Below are positions 42,500-55,689 of a stretch of DNA of 64,000 bases, in pieces (position 1 is the stretch's first letter; every line of letters starts with the position of its first letter). The DNA comes from Raillietiella orientalis (taxonomy: Eukaryota). A program made the position numbers and the translations under genes. The DNA lies in assembly GCA_036172245.1 (NCBI GenBank), contig JAYWIR010000002.1, positions 5,332,001 through 5,396,000 on the forward strand, read 5' to 3'. A model generated the notes under the pieces. It did no database searches and had not been told where the DNA came from. It was given only the letters and a program-made list of their open reading frames with translations.

Positions 42500-45200
42500 A
42501 TAAGAAGCAGGAGCAACGGAGTCGGAGCCAGGAAGAGTGGGGGCATCGCTTTCCCATCTGCTGCTCCGGCGACCGACGAGAGAGGCTTTTGCCTGGCACG
42601 GCAGCCCATTCAAGGACTGTGACGCATCTCTTAGGACCTGGTCCGGAGCAGTCTCCGTGGCCTTCGGGACGTCCGTCGCCCCGCAAAGGTCGCAAGGCGA
42701 GCGGAAGGCGACCAAGGTGCGCATGCGCCACGGGAGGGAGCGGCAGTCGGGGGCTGGGAATGCACCGTTGGCCATCCGGGGAAGTTGTCGAGGATGAGCC
42801 ATCTGCGGGTCCCGCCGCATGGCAAAGCGACAGTCAAAAAGCAAGCAGGAAGCGACCAATCAGGGTGTGGCGGAGAAGTGGACGGAGTGGGGAGGACTCC
42901 TTCAGTTCGAGGCTCCACTCCTCGTTTCCTCCCATGCACCGCTTCCCTGCGGACTTCCTTCTCATTCGGAAGCGGACGTTTCTGCGCCACGAGAGCTCCC
43001 GTGCCGCTGCCGTCACGGGAGGGGCGACAAGGAGTTGTCCAATAACGGACGAGCGGCATCTGGACCCAGCCGAGAGGCACCTTGGCTGGGGAAAAAGGAG
43101 CGATTATCGTCTATGGAGTCCCTCCTCTCCTGTCATGGCGAACCGTAATTCCCGCCGTCTCAGGACGCAGGCCGCTGCCGTCGCCTCCGTCCAGCCCGAG
43201 AGGACCGTGACGACCCTGAGGCTGGAGGCGACAGCCACTCCAAGGTCCACGACACGTCGTCTCCTGACGGCTACCATCCCGAGGTTGAGCCGGGGACGGA
43301 CTTTCCCTTCTCGCGACTGACCTACCTCACCTAGATTGTCCCGAGCAACCACGCTGGGATCCGACGCCTGCGTCGGTCGCTGCGCTTTCGCAGTCGCAGC
43401 TTCACGGCCCTCTTTTCGGTGTGCTGGCTATCGGCGCTCGCCGACGCGCTGGCCGCTCCTCACAGAGGTTGCTTCGGTCGCTGCGGAACACACCGCGGGC
43501 GAGATTCCCGGCAGGCTGCATCGTCGATCCTGGGAACTTCTTCGAGGGCCGCGAAGCGCTCCTGTAGATGGTGATTCGAGGCCCGCGTCCGACGCGCGCA
43601 GGTCTTTTCCCCTTCCTTCGCCGCCTAGTGACGCAGCAACGTCCAGTCGCACGCCCGTGAGCCAATGGCCTGTCACCGTTGCGGCGGGCTTCCTTTCCGT
43701 CCTTCTCGTCTCCTCGCAACCGGTCGACGCGGCGTGGGCCGAATCCGCTGCTCCGCTTGGTTGGTTATCTTCCCCCGAGCAGCCGCGATGCCCTTGCTCC
43801 AGATTCCCCCGCTCCTCGTCCGCAACGACCCACGCGCGCGCATTACCAGGACCGGTCAGCTCGTGGTCCCGTCTCGTAATTGCAGGGAGTGTCCTGCGGT
43901 ATCTGCGCCAACTTTGGGATACCCGCTGGCCAGGGACGAGAGGATGCAGCAGGAATAGGGGTCCTGCGGTTGCAAGAAACCTCCGAAAAGCTCCGAAAGG
44001 AACCACTTCCTCCGCAGTCGAAAATCCTGCGGAGGTGTACTGTGGCTCGCCAGAGCACCCAGTTCCCTAGCCTGACTGGGGGCGCTTCTTCCAGAGCCCT
44101 CCTTCCGGGAGTTCCCTTCGGCTTTGATTCTCCGACACAGCCTCTGCGACCACCACGGTAGGGTGGACGGCATAAGCAGGTCGGACTGCGTCTTGACAGG
44201 CATGGCACGCGTCTGCTGGTGGCCGATGTGGGAGTCGGGGTCGTCCGTAGCAACCGCACGCTCCGCCGCCTCAGGAACGGGTCGAGATCCCCACAGGCGA
44301 AGGGAGTCGGACGCCGAGCGCTCAGGTCGTGCAGGTCTCCTCCTTCCGGAAGGAGATGGACGCCAGCTGACCAGAAGGAAACAGCCACCTCCTTTCTCTC
44401 TCTCTCTCCTCAACAAGGCCAACCTTCACGCCAGGGGAGCAGGTTCCGCCCCCAAGCTGCGAAGGTGAGGTTCCTTCGCCTGGAATGCCGGGAGGCATTC
44501 GTCTTCTCGTGGTACCTTCCTGGTGTCGAGTGCTCCCCGATGGCGCATTCCGCCCGCCTTCCTCATTGTGGAGGCGCCCTTCTCCAAACCACCTCGCAGT
44601 CGCGTAGGATGGAGGAGGGGGCGTTGGCCTCGCGCGAGCCCGGGGCGGTCGTCTGCGAAACTCAGAGTTGCCTATCTTGCCGTTCCTGGAAGGCAGGGTT
44701 GCTCTTGCAGTGACAGGCTGCGCTCCGGGACACCTTTAGCATCACTTGCCCCGCGACACGTCCCGCTGCACGCTTCCTCAAGTGAAGCAGATTCCCGAAA
44801 TCGAAGGAAAGTGCGGGATGAGATCTCTGGTTACCCAGCCCACAGCTGCCTCGAGGAGCACCGAAGGGCACTTGGCGACAGTCGAACAGGAAGTGCTCCA
44901 AACAGTCGGCGGCGCCTGCGGTCGTCCCAACCGTCGCTGTTGACGATGAGCCCCGTCGCAAGACGCGTCCGACGTGCGATATGCCGTGGGTCCAGCATCC
45001 AGGGGGCAGTCTGCTGCTGGCACCGGAAACGGCACAGGTGCTCCCTGATGGCGCGTGCGCATCACCTGCCAGCGGTCACCTTGTGCACCTGAGGTTGAAT
45101 CCTGCTGCAGAGTCTGCTCGGAGACGCTCGGAATGCGTCGAACGCGCGCACATTTCGAATTCTCTCCGTCTCTCGACGGGCAGATTATTGCCAAGGGAAA
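42500..45200 (-). mobile_element. Decayed Tx1-like element (endonuclease end through C-terminal domain)
   Basis: LEHFLFDC...SHPALSFDF (matches DHVFL...SDHYRLEFEL), SFWSAGVHLLPEGGDLHDLSARRP (matches SFRSARVRLLPKGGDMRHLSNWRP), KDLRASDAGL (matches KDLAAPRRDAGL) and CLLFDC (matches HLLLDC) are colinear with the 0.7-4.8 kb element. Confidence 0.75.
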
Positions 45201-45369
45201 CGCGGCTATTTTCGTTCACCCGCTTACGAAGAGACATTTCTTCCGCTTTCTTTTCTAAGCAAAGAAAAAGAGGCAGACGACGTGCATTGAGGAGGTTCGA
45301 GAATTTCATGGGTCGGAGATGGGGGGGGGGGGAGTGAGAGAGAGTCACAGTCTCGCAGACCGGCTACCC

Positions 45370-46965
45370 AAAAGGACAGTCATGAGTCACTGCCGCCGCG
45401 TCTTCTGCAGCCATCGTGCGATGCGGGCAGCGTCCATCTTTGCTCTGGAATCCTTCAAACACCATTTGGCCGCATTCACCGCGATTGGGGGCTGGAAACG
45501 GATGGTTCTTCCTCATTCCCGGCGCCTCTCCTACGTGCTGCTGGACGCCTCGCAATCCTCTTGACGCAATGCAACTGAGCGATAGGGGAAGCAGCAGAAC
45601 CCTCGTCGTGAAGCTCACCAGAGGGCACCTCGGGAACTGGTCTCCGGGGTCAAAGCGTGTCGGCTCACAGGGGATCAGGGGGGAAGGGAATGAATCCAAG
45701 GGTCTGAAGGTCACCGCTTCCCAGCGACAGGTGCGCGGAATTCTCCGGCAGGCTCCGCAGTTTGCTCCCCTTCGTGCAGCGAAGTCCCCACTGGTTGCAC
45801 GCAAAGTTGCGGTGCGCAAACAGCGGAGCCTCCTGCTGCGTCACGGGAACGCGAAGCAGGCGTAGGGCAGGAGCCACGATTCTCCCCAACCCACCCTCAC
45901 CTCCGACAGCGGAACGTCCAGGTGTCCTGCCCAACGGAGCACTCCTTTCGTGCTCACACGAAAGCAGCGCCACTTGCTGAAAAGTTTCGTCGCTCCCGCC
46001 CGCGGTGGGCGAGGTCACGCCAGTCCTGCCCGCCGCTTGGACCGCCTCCACCTAGGGCCCACTTCTTCTGGACGCTTTCCGCTTCCCCCGGATGGGGGGG
46101 ATGCTCCTAGTGCGCGAAATGGACGCACCCTCCTCGTGGAGCAAGTGGAGCTCACGACACGGATCCAGGTGCCCGCTGCATCCTGCCACCGAGCACCGTA
46201 TCTTGTCGCGGGGCATCAGGAGATGCGCGGGCGTTCTTCGCGCGCGTCTCGGTGGCAACACGAGCGCCTGGGCGTGGTCTCCTCCATTCCGCCTCAGCCG
46301 ACCGTGCGCCTCAGGATTGCGCCCGCGGGCAGGCACAGAAGCTGCACCCGAAACTGCAGCTGCAGCTCCTCCGCATCTCGTTCGGCGTGAGGACGCCGAG
46401 TCCTCAGTGTCGCAGTCAATGTAGAGTTTTTTTTTTGTGGCGAACCTTGCCGCTTGCACGCCCCAGGGACCAGTCGTCTAGGGAAAGAGTGACCCCGAAC
46501 CGTGCCAGGTGTGATGAAAGAGGAGCAGCCTTCCCGCGCCTGCCCTCCGAGGTGTCAAGGGCTGGAGGGTCAGCGTTGCAAGCTCCCAAGGCGCACTTCG
46601 AAAGACGCAGTGGGACACCCTCTCCGGGCAACGGAGCGGATAGGGGAGGCACGGCGGCAGCTTCGCAAACCTCTTCCTGCGTACGAATCGCAGTGGACCA
46701 CGTGTGGACGCACTCGGAATACACCGTCTGAAGGAGCGTGCCAGTGCCCTGCACGGGGCTCAGGGAAAAATCACCCACGTTTGTTCCTTTCCTGGTTCTT
46801 CTCCTTTCCGTACTCGTCTCGAGTCCTTTCGCGAACCTCGGAGGCAGCCCCTCGGGAATGACTCGGCGGACTCGATGGGACGTCACTTTCCGCCGCTTTT
46901 CTTTTTTTTTAGTTCTTTTTTTTTGTTTGATTGAAAGTAAACGCTCCGGCGTGATCGGGTGGAAC
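45370..46965 (+). mobile_element. Decayed 5'-truncated Tx1-like element with 3' terminal module
   Basis: VFFLWRTLP...VTPNRARCDERGAAFPRL matches VHWGF...VSPNCKRCGEVETLPHL. It has a T-rich 3' UTR and AGTAAACGCTCCGGCGTGATCGGGTGGAAC at 46936-46965. Confidence 0.7.
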
Positions 46966-46999
46966 TCCGTGAGCTTGCGCGCGCCTTCACGAAACCGCC

Positions 47000-49300
47000 A
47001 AGGGCTGAAAACCTCGGCATTCCTTTCGGCGGAGTTGTCTTTCCGGTTACAGGAGCGCCCGCGGATCTCTTCCGGCCGCCGAACCCATCCCAACGGGTGG
47101 CGGCAGGAAACAGCGGATATCTCACGGACCCGTGAGCAACTGCTCCGGGGCACGTCCAGTACTGGGGAGAAGCCCCTCACCGGAAAAGCGACGGGACCAC
47201 GAGAAGCGACCCCTGCACACCGCGAGCTGATGGGGCGTCCTCGCCACAGGAGAGCGACACGACTTTCCTCAGTCCCCACCAGCCGAGGACTGACCCGTCC
47301 GCTCTGGGACCTCGGACGCCACCGTATAACCTCTCCCTGAGGAAGCACCCTTCATGGGCCGGGGACGGTTCCGCGTCGGGCAGGCGCGCTGCTTGCAAGA
47401 AAGGGCTCTGCCCGCACCTTCCTGCGCGCAGCACTCTGGCAGCAACACACGACGATGCCGACCGTCCCTCCCTCGGGGTCGAGTGGTTTCCCTGAAGGTT
47501 GCGCGGACGAACCGCGACCTGAGGAGGGGCAGTCCATCACAAGACCTGACGAAGACCAGCTCCTGTGGAGCACAAGGGGTCCGCAGGAAGGACTCCGCGT
47601 GCGTCGCGGCGGGACGGCGGACTGGAAGCTGGGCGAATGGAGTACCACCTCCCGTTTCGAAGGACAGCCCCGGAAGGCGAAGAACAGCGAGTTGCACTGC
47701 GGTGTTCCCGGTCGAAAAGGCCACCACAAGCGGGCTCTCACCTTTCCCTGGGTCATCCTACACTGAAACAGGAAGAACAGCAAGGTTTCCTGCAGCCCCG
47801 CGAACGTGGACGCGCGGGCGCAGACCGACAAGCAGGGCCCCGGGGCTCTCGCAGCGATCGCTGTGCTCCTTTTACAACGGTTGCGCTCTGAAGGAGACCA
47901 TCTTCCAGCCCATGAAGGGTGTGTGGGCAGAGGGAACTTCCCTTGCCTTGGATTGTCCTCCCTGAGAGAGCTCCGTCGGCGGCAGCCTGCCGTCAAGACG
48001 GGAGAGACTCCAAGAGAAATCGCCAGATATTTGGACCGCGAACCGGCTGACACAAAGGGACGCTGCAACGCACCAAAGACACTCGTCTTGGGGTGGGGTG
48101 ACCTACAAGAAATTCCGCGACATCATCCGGTGCAGCCACAGCACCCCCTGTTTCAAGCGGCAGCAGTCGGCGCTTCCGCTGTCGTACCGAGGCGTTCCCT
48201 GCGACGCCCGCCGACACCGCTGGACCCTGGGAGGGAGGGCGTGGGAGCTCGCACCGCAGCAGGAGAGGATAGCGAGGATCCCACCCGCACCTGTGGTCCC
48301 TAAGGGAACCTTTCTCAACTGCCCTTGAAATGTCGGCGCACACTCCAGGGGCGAAGTCCTGGAACTGCGCTTCGTGCGGGATGCCCAGCCGCCAGTTGTT
48401 CGAGGCCTCCGCAGGATTGCAGGAACCCGGAGGGCACGAAACGAAAGGGACGCCTCTCCCGGAGCGGGATGCTGCTGACATCCTGGAGATGATAGGGCAG
48501 AACGCGATCTCCCCGCGAACCTCCAGAACGTCGTCAATCCCCCCCCCCCTACGGCCGGCGACCGCCCCCTGCACACCTCCGCGCAGAGAGAACATCACCG
48601 TCTGCCGGGAATCCGTGCAGCTCTTGGTCGGCAGCCACCAGAGTCCTCCCCATCGCGGGCGATTGCCTTGGAGAGGGGAATGTTTGCATCTCCCACCTCC
48701 CTGAGAATCACCATGTCCGGAAACGGTTCTCTCGTGGCGAAGGATGGAGGCTGCGAACCCGGAGTGATCGCACGACCGGCGACACTCTGGGAAGGCCCAT
48801 TGCACGCGGCGCGGGGTGTGTGCGATGCTCAGAGAAGACCGGAGAAGCTTCGAGAACGCCCCTTCTCTGCCTCTACCTTCTTGGCCGTGGCGCAGCGGCA
48901 AGGCGGTATGGCGATGCCCGCAGCGTCGAGGGAATGGAGGCAGCCTTCGCTGGGTGCGGCACGCCAGGATGCCTCGACTCCAGGTTCCCCGCCGAAAGAA
49001 CTGCTCTGCTGGGGGTCCGGCCGCTGGACGTTCCATATCCGAGGGATCTACAGCTGCCCCAGAGATGCGATGCTGACAGATCCCTCCTCCACCCTCTTCC
49101 AGGAGTGACAGGAGTCGACCGGCACCTCCGTTGTCCCACTGGGGTCTACCGTGCAACACCCGCCGAGGTCATGGGACCCCAGAACGGGGAGGGGGCGAGC
49201 CCCGCAGGTGCGGAGGAGGACACGAATCACTCTCGTTCTTGCTCAGGGGCATGCTGCCCTCCGGCCCCTGCGAGAGCGTTTTGGCAAGAGTTAGGCTTTT
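47000..49300 (+). mobile_element. Decayed, internally deleted Tx1-like element
   Basis: LVLGWGDLQEI (matches ELVDWDDLKRS), ELLCWGSGRWTFHIRGIYSCPRDA (matches NALWGPARSRIRLKDLAAPRRDA) and SHWGLPCNTR...RCGGGHESLSFLL (matches VHWGFHSDQ...RCGEVETLPHLL). Confidence 0.6.
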
Positions 49301-49349
49301 TGTTTGTCCCGTTCTTTCAGCCCATCAGAAAACGGACCGGGGATCTCCT

Positions 49350-50737
49350 CGGAAAAGCCTTGAGAGGTCCAGGAAGGTCCCGAGTTCTGTTGAAGCACTT
49401 GGGTGCTCTGCGTAGGAATGGTGGAATGGAACTTCTTGCCCTGTAACGGATGGAGTCAGCTCCAATTCCGTAGACCCCCCCTTGCGTCCAAGCTGTGGAC
49501 CACACCTCAATGCACGCCAGCACGCCTCCTCGCCAAGAGAGCAGCCGGCTGAGATGGATTGACTTCGGTCCTCGTGGCTACCGAGCGAAGTTTGATCCAC
49601 GCTGACTCTTAGCTTTGACAAATGGTTGTCCTAGTTTGAAAGGAATCCCTAGATCTTGGTCCTCCCGGACATCCTTTCACTCCTGGGACAAGATCAACGG
49701 CACGAGCGAGGCAGAGCTCATCTGCCTACGAAACAGCAGATGCTCTCGTAAGTTTGAGAAAGATCATAGAGAACACCAGAAATTTGCCGTGGACTTTGTT
49801 AACTCCCCTTGCCCCAGTGTTGCCCTCTCTACGGGAATCAAGGGACAGCAATCTTCCAGCAAGGTGGGAAGCGATGTGCAGCATTGACAATAAAAAGGAA
49901 CTTCTAGGTGCGTGGAAAACTCGGGAGCTGACCGACGCCGCGACCCCGAGTGTTCCACCCCAAGGACCGCTACGCTAGAGAGAGCTGCTACAAATTCCTC
50001 CGGAGGAGGTACAGTGGCTCCCAGAGTGCTGGAACAGTGCAACCCTCCCCCTACAGTGGCAAAAGTCGACGATCCTGCTGCTGTTGCATTAGGGCCTCCC
50101 ATGCAGCTCCCGTCGACACCACTGGACCCAGGAGTGCAAGCCCCTACTGCAACAGGTGAGGAGAAAGAGTCTCTCGCACCTGCTCATGGATTGTGTTGCC
50201 CTCCGCCCTATGTGGGAACGCTTTGCTGCGTCCCTGAGGATTTCCAAAGGCAATCTCAGAGAAGTTTTGAAGCGCCTCTTCCAGCACGACGCCCTCGCGC
50301 CGGCCGCATCCTCAGCAGCACTGTGCTGTCTACGCGGGATAGTGACTGCATGGAGCTACGCCAGAGGCCAGAACGACAGTGGTGCCATCTATTTTGCGGT
50401 CCTCTTCTTCAGGATAGCGTCAAGATGGCCCCATCTGGGAATCCTGAAACAGGAACTTGCCGGTATCCTCGAAAGGATGCAGACGACGCCCTCCAGCACC
50501 CGGTGATCCCTTCCCGAACTCGCACAGATTTTTTGTATATGTTTACGTTTTTATTTCATTTTTATATTTGTTCGTTCCCCTCTCTTCTGTTGCCGAGGCA
50601 AACCTCGCCGGCCTGTGTGCCGGTTCTCGGCAGGTTCCCACTGTTGCATTTGTGACGTGGCAGGACCCAAGCGTGCTGCTACCGACATTTAGGTTTATTT
50701 CATACAATTAAAAGCCCCGGCGCAACCTGGTGAAAAA
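49350..50737 (+). mobile_element. 5'-truncated Tx1-like element, second subfamily, with 3' terminal module
   Basis: LTPLAPVLPSLRESRDSNLPARWEAMCSIDNKKELLGAWKTRELTDAATP and SLSHLLMDCVALRPMWERFA...ALCCLRGI...WPHLGILKQELAGI align clearly to the C-terminus of the 0.7-4.8 kb element. It ends ATTAAAAGCCCCGGCGCAACCTGGTGAAAAA. Confidence 0.85.
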
Positions 50738-51157
50738 TCCCAGCAGACTGCGATCCCTTCCTCGAACCCTCAACCACTCATCCGCCCACAAAGTTTGCGC
50801 TTTTCTTTTTTTTTCTTCTTCCGCTTTCCTTACATCTGCTCCCTCTGATCCGCCGCCGGAGGCGGACCTCGCCCGTCCGCGCGTCGGCCTCTCGGCAAGT
50901 CGCCTGCCGACGCGAAGTGGCGCGGTCGACGGTTCCGCCGTCACCTACTGCTGACCTTCCGCAGGAAACGACCGACCGGGCGAAAGAAAATCCGAGAGGC
51001 CGCGCTGCTCCGCGACGGAAAGCAGTTCGGCCTCGCGGCCTCCCGGAAGGACGGGCGCTGCCGGACGACATCGCGCAGCCAGGCGGCAACCTAGGCGCTC
51101 TGTCGCTCGCGACCCTTTCTTGCTCTCACGCTCCCGTCTGTCGATCGCTCCCCGGCG

Positions 51158-53000
51158 TTGTCACCCGGGTACGCCCGGGGCGTTTATTGGAAAAACTCCA
51201 CAGAAACGTGGTATAAGGCCCCACTAACGGCCACACAACACCGGACCTGCCGGGACGCCGGGACGCAGCCCGGCGTGGCTTCGTGCTTTGAACACCCCGC
51301 GACGGCGCCCTCCGTTTCCCTGCTGCACCCTCCGCTCCTCTCCCGAGCTGCGAGTCAGGGCGCCGTAGCTCTCGGGAAAGAGGCGCTGCTGGGCAGCAGC
51401 GTTGGCGCCTCCAGCGAAGTTGCGTGGGTCACCGCGCGGGCTCGGGGAGACTGGTCCCAGCTGCGTCCCGACTGGCACCCGTGCCGTTTGGCCGTCCGCC
51501 GGCGGTGGTCGCCTTAGCGCGCCATGGCGTACGTGGGCGGGGAAGCGCTATTGGAAACGCGCGCGTCCCAGAGCCGGTGCGCCCCCTTCCCGTTCACGCA
51601 GGCTCTTAACCGCAGAAATCGTAGGGCTGCGTGGGGGGATGCTCGCACCGCGCAGGGATCCTCCTCCTCTCTCCCTCTCCCCCGCGAACAACCGCACCAA
51701 ACTCGCGAGCGAGGCGCGATGACGAACAAGAAGAAGCGGAGGGCGAGGGAACCGTAGGAGGGGATCCCGCGACGCCCTCTCCCCATCCGCTGGCGGAAGC
51801 CCTGGGAAGCTGCGTGGAGGGCGGAAAGAGGCGGTGCGAGCAGCGTGTCGCCCGCCGGCGAGAACGGCTTTGGTCGAAGGCACTTTGCTTGCCTTCCACC
51901 ATCTGACCTGGCTGCCACGGTCAGATCATTTTCGGCCAGAGAGCGCGTGCGTGCGCGGCGACCGCCACTGGCTGGAATTCCCGCACTCGCGCTGCCTCTT
52001 GAAAGAGGAGACCCAAGGAGGAGCGCCGCGCGAGCCTTCCGCCGTGGGGCCAGCGCAGTGGCACTCGAACCGGGGCTATCCGGTGGACGCCGACCTGGAG
52101 GCGCGCGCCAAGTGGACTCCTAAAGAAACTCCCCCGGAGTTGGATCGAAAGACCTGGACGAAGCAGGGATGCACAGGAGGGATGGCGTGCCCCGGGGGAG
52201 AGGGGACCGTAGCAGGCGTCCTCGCGCGGGAGAAGGTAGGAGGCAAGGTCCTCTGCGGCGAAGGCGTGCGCTTCCCGTTGCGGGCACCGGTGAGCAGGCA
52301 GCCGACGTGCACCTGGGAAGGTTGAGGCAGGGAAGCCCCAAGCCGGTGCCGCCGAAGGAAGGGTAACGGGCGTGCCCACGCGCCCTTCGGGAGAGAAGAT
52401 GGCACGCCCGCCGCGGGAGCAGTCGTCCCGTCCGCAGACGCGCAAGTGCGAGGAGGGACGAGGGGAGGTCGAAGCGGATCCGCGAGGCGCTCGAGAGACC
52501 TCCCCTCACGGCGGGGTTCCTTCTTCGTCTTAGGAATGCAGGGACTGGTCGGGGGTCGATGCGGGAGCGGAGGTGAGAGGCGAACGGTCGACCGAATTCA
52601 CCCCAGGCGCCAGCTGACCGAAGGCGTCCGTCTCTGTCGCCCCTAAGAGGCAAGGGCTTCACCAAAGGAAAGTGCCGGAACGAGGGTGGTTGGGTGGCGG
52701 CGGCGCGGAAGGCAGGTCTGCGCGAACGCAACTGACCCGAGGCTGGGCGGCGGGCGCGTTTGGAGTGCAGGAAAGGAGCGGAGGTGCTTCGTCGTACCAC
52801 CCTCGTGGTCCGGCACGGGGCATGTCCTGCCCAGCCGTCGTCTTGGGAAAGGGCCGAACTCGGGCGGGCCATCCGCATGCACGCCATCGGCGCTCCGGAG
52901 CTCGTTCCAGGATCGCTCCCATGAAGGGGCCGAAACTGAAGAAGAGGAGGACCGTCCGGGAGGCGGAGACTCGCTTCGTTTCGCTTCCTGTGTTGCCTGG
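51158..53000 (-). mobile_element. Decayed 5'-truncated Tx1-like element with 3' terminal module
   Basis: The terminal module AATAAACGCCCCGGGCGTACCCGGGTGACAA is at 51158-51188 (-). Degenerate C-terminal-domain similarity: RHPSCASLLRPGLSIQLRGSFF, LGLLFQEAARVREFQPVAVAAHARAL. Confidence 0.65.
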
Positions 53001-53014
53001 GGGACGCGTTCGGA

Positions 53015-55600
53015 TTTATCACCCGGATATACCGGGGCATTTATTATTAAAATTTTTATAATAAAAGAATTTCATAATACGCCATTTCATAATATCTAAA
53101 TGGGTGCAGTCAGAACACCTGGTTCTGCCTATCTTGACATAGTTGCCGCTGACGGTTCGCAGGCCACTGAGATCCACTCTGGAGGCGATGGGGAAGGGAA
53201 AACCCCAAAGAAGAACAGAAAAAAATACAAACAAAAACCAAGGGGAGGATAATGTTTTAGGGGAAGGAAGGGCTGGGAAGGGATCACTGTTCGCTCCGAG
53301 TGGTCCTCAGGATGCGGACAAGTGCCAGACGTAATGGTCTTAGCCGGGACCATCGGCAAGCTCTCTCAATGTTGAGAGCCGCCCAGTGAATGGCGTTCCG
53401 GCTGTTATGTCCTCTTCTGGATCCCACGTATGCAGCAGATAACTGCCACACACGCGGCTGCTGGCAGGGCGTCCTGCATCAGGAGGCGACGGAAAATGTC
53501 CTTCGGGTCGCCCCCGGGAATGTTCGAGATCGACGATAGTCGATCCCATATGGGTCGGAGGGCGACACACTCGATGATGAGGTTAGGAAAAGTCTCCCGT
53601 TCCGCGAACCTTGCACAATTGTCATCCACTGTCCCGAATGTCCAATGGGAGAGGCGTGCTTTGCAAAGGAGTCCCCAATGGAACACCAGCAGCGCCGTCT
53701 CCTGCCATTCCAGGGACAGGGTGCGACTATCCCAGCACGCTGGGGGACACTTCACCTCCTCCGGAGGTATGCCGAGCAGCTCGCCTTAGCGCACGGGATT
53801 TCTCAGCGTCGGCTAGCTCCCGAGTGTCCACGCCTTCAACGGTTTTCTCCTGCCTCGGATGAGGCAGGACACTTCCCACAGTGCTCGTTCGTTGCTGTTC
53901 CTAATGTTCTTGAGAGAGGACAGCACGGGGACAAGGGGGGTCAAAGAAACCCACAGAAACTTCCGTGGGTTGTTGATTATCTCCTGCAGGGGCTGTCGAG
54001 CGTTGGGTCCTCGACGGACACAGCTGTACTCCGCCTCGCTCGAGCCGTTGATCTTGGCGTCCGGATAGCGAGGGGAAAAAGGGGCTTCTTCCCCTCGCAG
54101 ACCCCTGCAGGAGATAATCAACGATCGATGCTCCTCCTCGCCGACTTCCCGCCGCCAACGCGGCTTGCTCGTGCACCGAGAGGGGCACAAGGAGGAGGAA
54201 GGGAGGAGAAGGAGCTTCAGGCACTCCCGTTGCCGACACATCAAGGGCTCAGGAGGGTAGGCAAAAGCGATCACCCGACGGTCGCGGGACGGTTCTATCC
54301 ATTCGATGGGTTCTTCCTTCTTGTTGGTGGTGACAAAGGGTATCATTTCTTCATCGACTCCCTCCCGGAGCAGCCCGCTTGTCTGCAGTTCCGCAAGTGC
54401 GGTCGTTGCAAGCCCGAAGAGAGACGGCTGGTGATGGCAGGAAGTGAGCCTGGACAACATTTCCTCCTCCCTCCCCTTCCCCCTCTGACCGAGCTGTACC
54501 CTTCACAGTAGACCGATGACAGCAGCCCATCTGAAAAGAGGGAGAAGGCCTGAGCTAGAAAACGCAGGGACAGGGAAACTCCCTAGCGTCTGGTCAGCTT
54601 GCCCAGATCTTCCAAGAGTCTACCCCCGGGAGACGTGACGAGCGTTCGCGGGCACGTGTCCCTTGAAGTAGCAACATTTGGAGATGCTGCTGCCGCACCG
54701 GGGTCTCCCTTGCAACGTCCACCGGGGCAGATACTGGACCAGAGGGGGTGTGGAGACCGAACAGGTGCGGGAAGGTCGAATCCTTTCCGCACCTGTTAGT
54801 GGATCGTTCTGCTCCTCGGAGCGTGTGGGCTCTCCTGCTCCCGGTGGACGACGACCCCAGGAACACCGACGGCAGCGCATCTTCGTGCGGAGCTCAGTAT
54901 CTCCCGCCGCGGCGATCGCCGCTCTCTGCTGCTCCCGCTGCATAGTCGAAAGAGGATGAGCGGGGAAGCCATGCCCATGATGACCTCCTTCTTCAGGAGG
55001 AGGAAGAAGGGGCGACCCCACCTGGGACTCGTGAAGGATCTCGTGAAGGACTTGTGATGCACAGCACCCTGTGCAGGATGCAGAGGGCGTCCAGGTACGC
55101 ACGGGATGCCATCCGCCTCATGGAATCCCCTGAAGGCGGATAGAGGACCTCCTTCGGCCGCGCCACACGCCAGAAGACGTTTCGTATCGGCGCGCCACCC
55201 TTCAGCCCGCTGGATGTCGGGCTCACCCTTTCGGATGAGCCCGACGCAGCCCGAGCTGATGAAGGAGTCCGTGGTCCGTGAGAGGGGCGCAGGAAGAGGA
55301 CGGACTGATCCACATGGAAGTCGCAAAACACCCGGTAGGACGCCCGCGTTCTCTCCAGATAGCGGGAAAAAGGAAAGGTCATGGCCTCTTGAATGGTCCC
55401 CTGACCTTTCCTGAGACAGGAGCGTCCATGAGCTTTGCGACCGCAACCTGGTCTTTCCCAGCTGGGGTTTGTCGTGCGACGAAGACGAAACTTCGCACCC
55501 TTCCGTTCCAGCCCATTGCGGTCTCCAAGAAGAAACGTCCTCTGCTCTTTCCCTTGGAGTCAGCTCCTGCCGCGGCTGGCTTCCGCAAGAGCCTGCGGGA
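53015..55600 (-). mobile_element. Tx1-like element, second subfamily: endonuclease remnant plus post-RT/C-terminal region, RT core apparently deleted
   Basis: WNGRVRSFVF...LMDAP and VFCDFHV are degenerate APE motifs. KINGSSEAEYSCVR...LTPLVPVLSSL...ALWEVSCLI and LLVFHWGLLCKARL...NCARFAERETFPNLIIECVALRPIWDRL follow. DNA similarity to 49650-50340 in inverted orientation. The terminal module is at 53015-53045. Confidence 0.85.
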
Positions 55601-55689
55601 CCCATTCGTCCGTTTAGTTGCATTCCCTCCATCTGGACACAGAGGTCTGCTCCCGCTTCCCCCTCCCGGCGTTCGCCTGCTGCCGTGCT

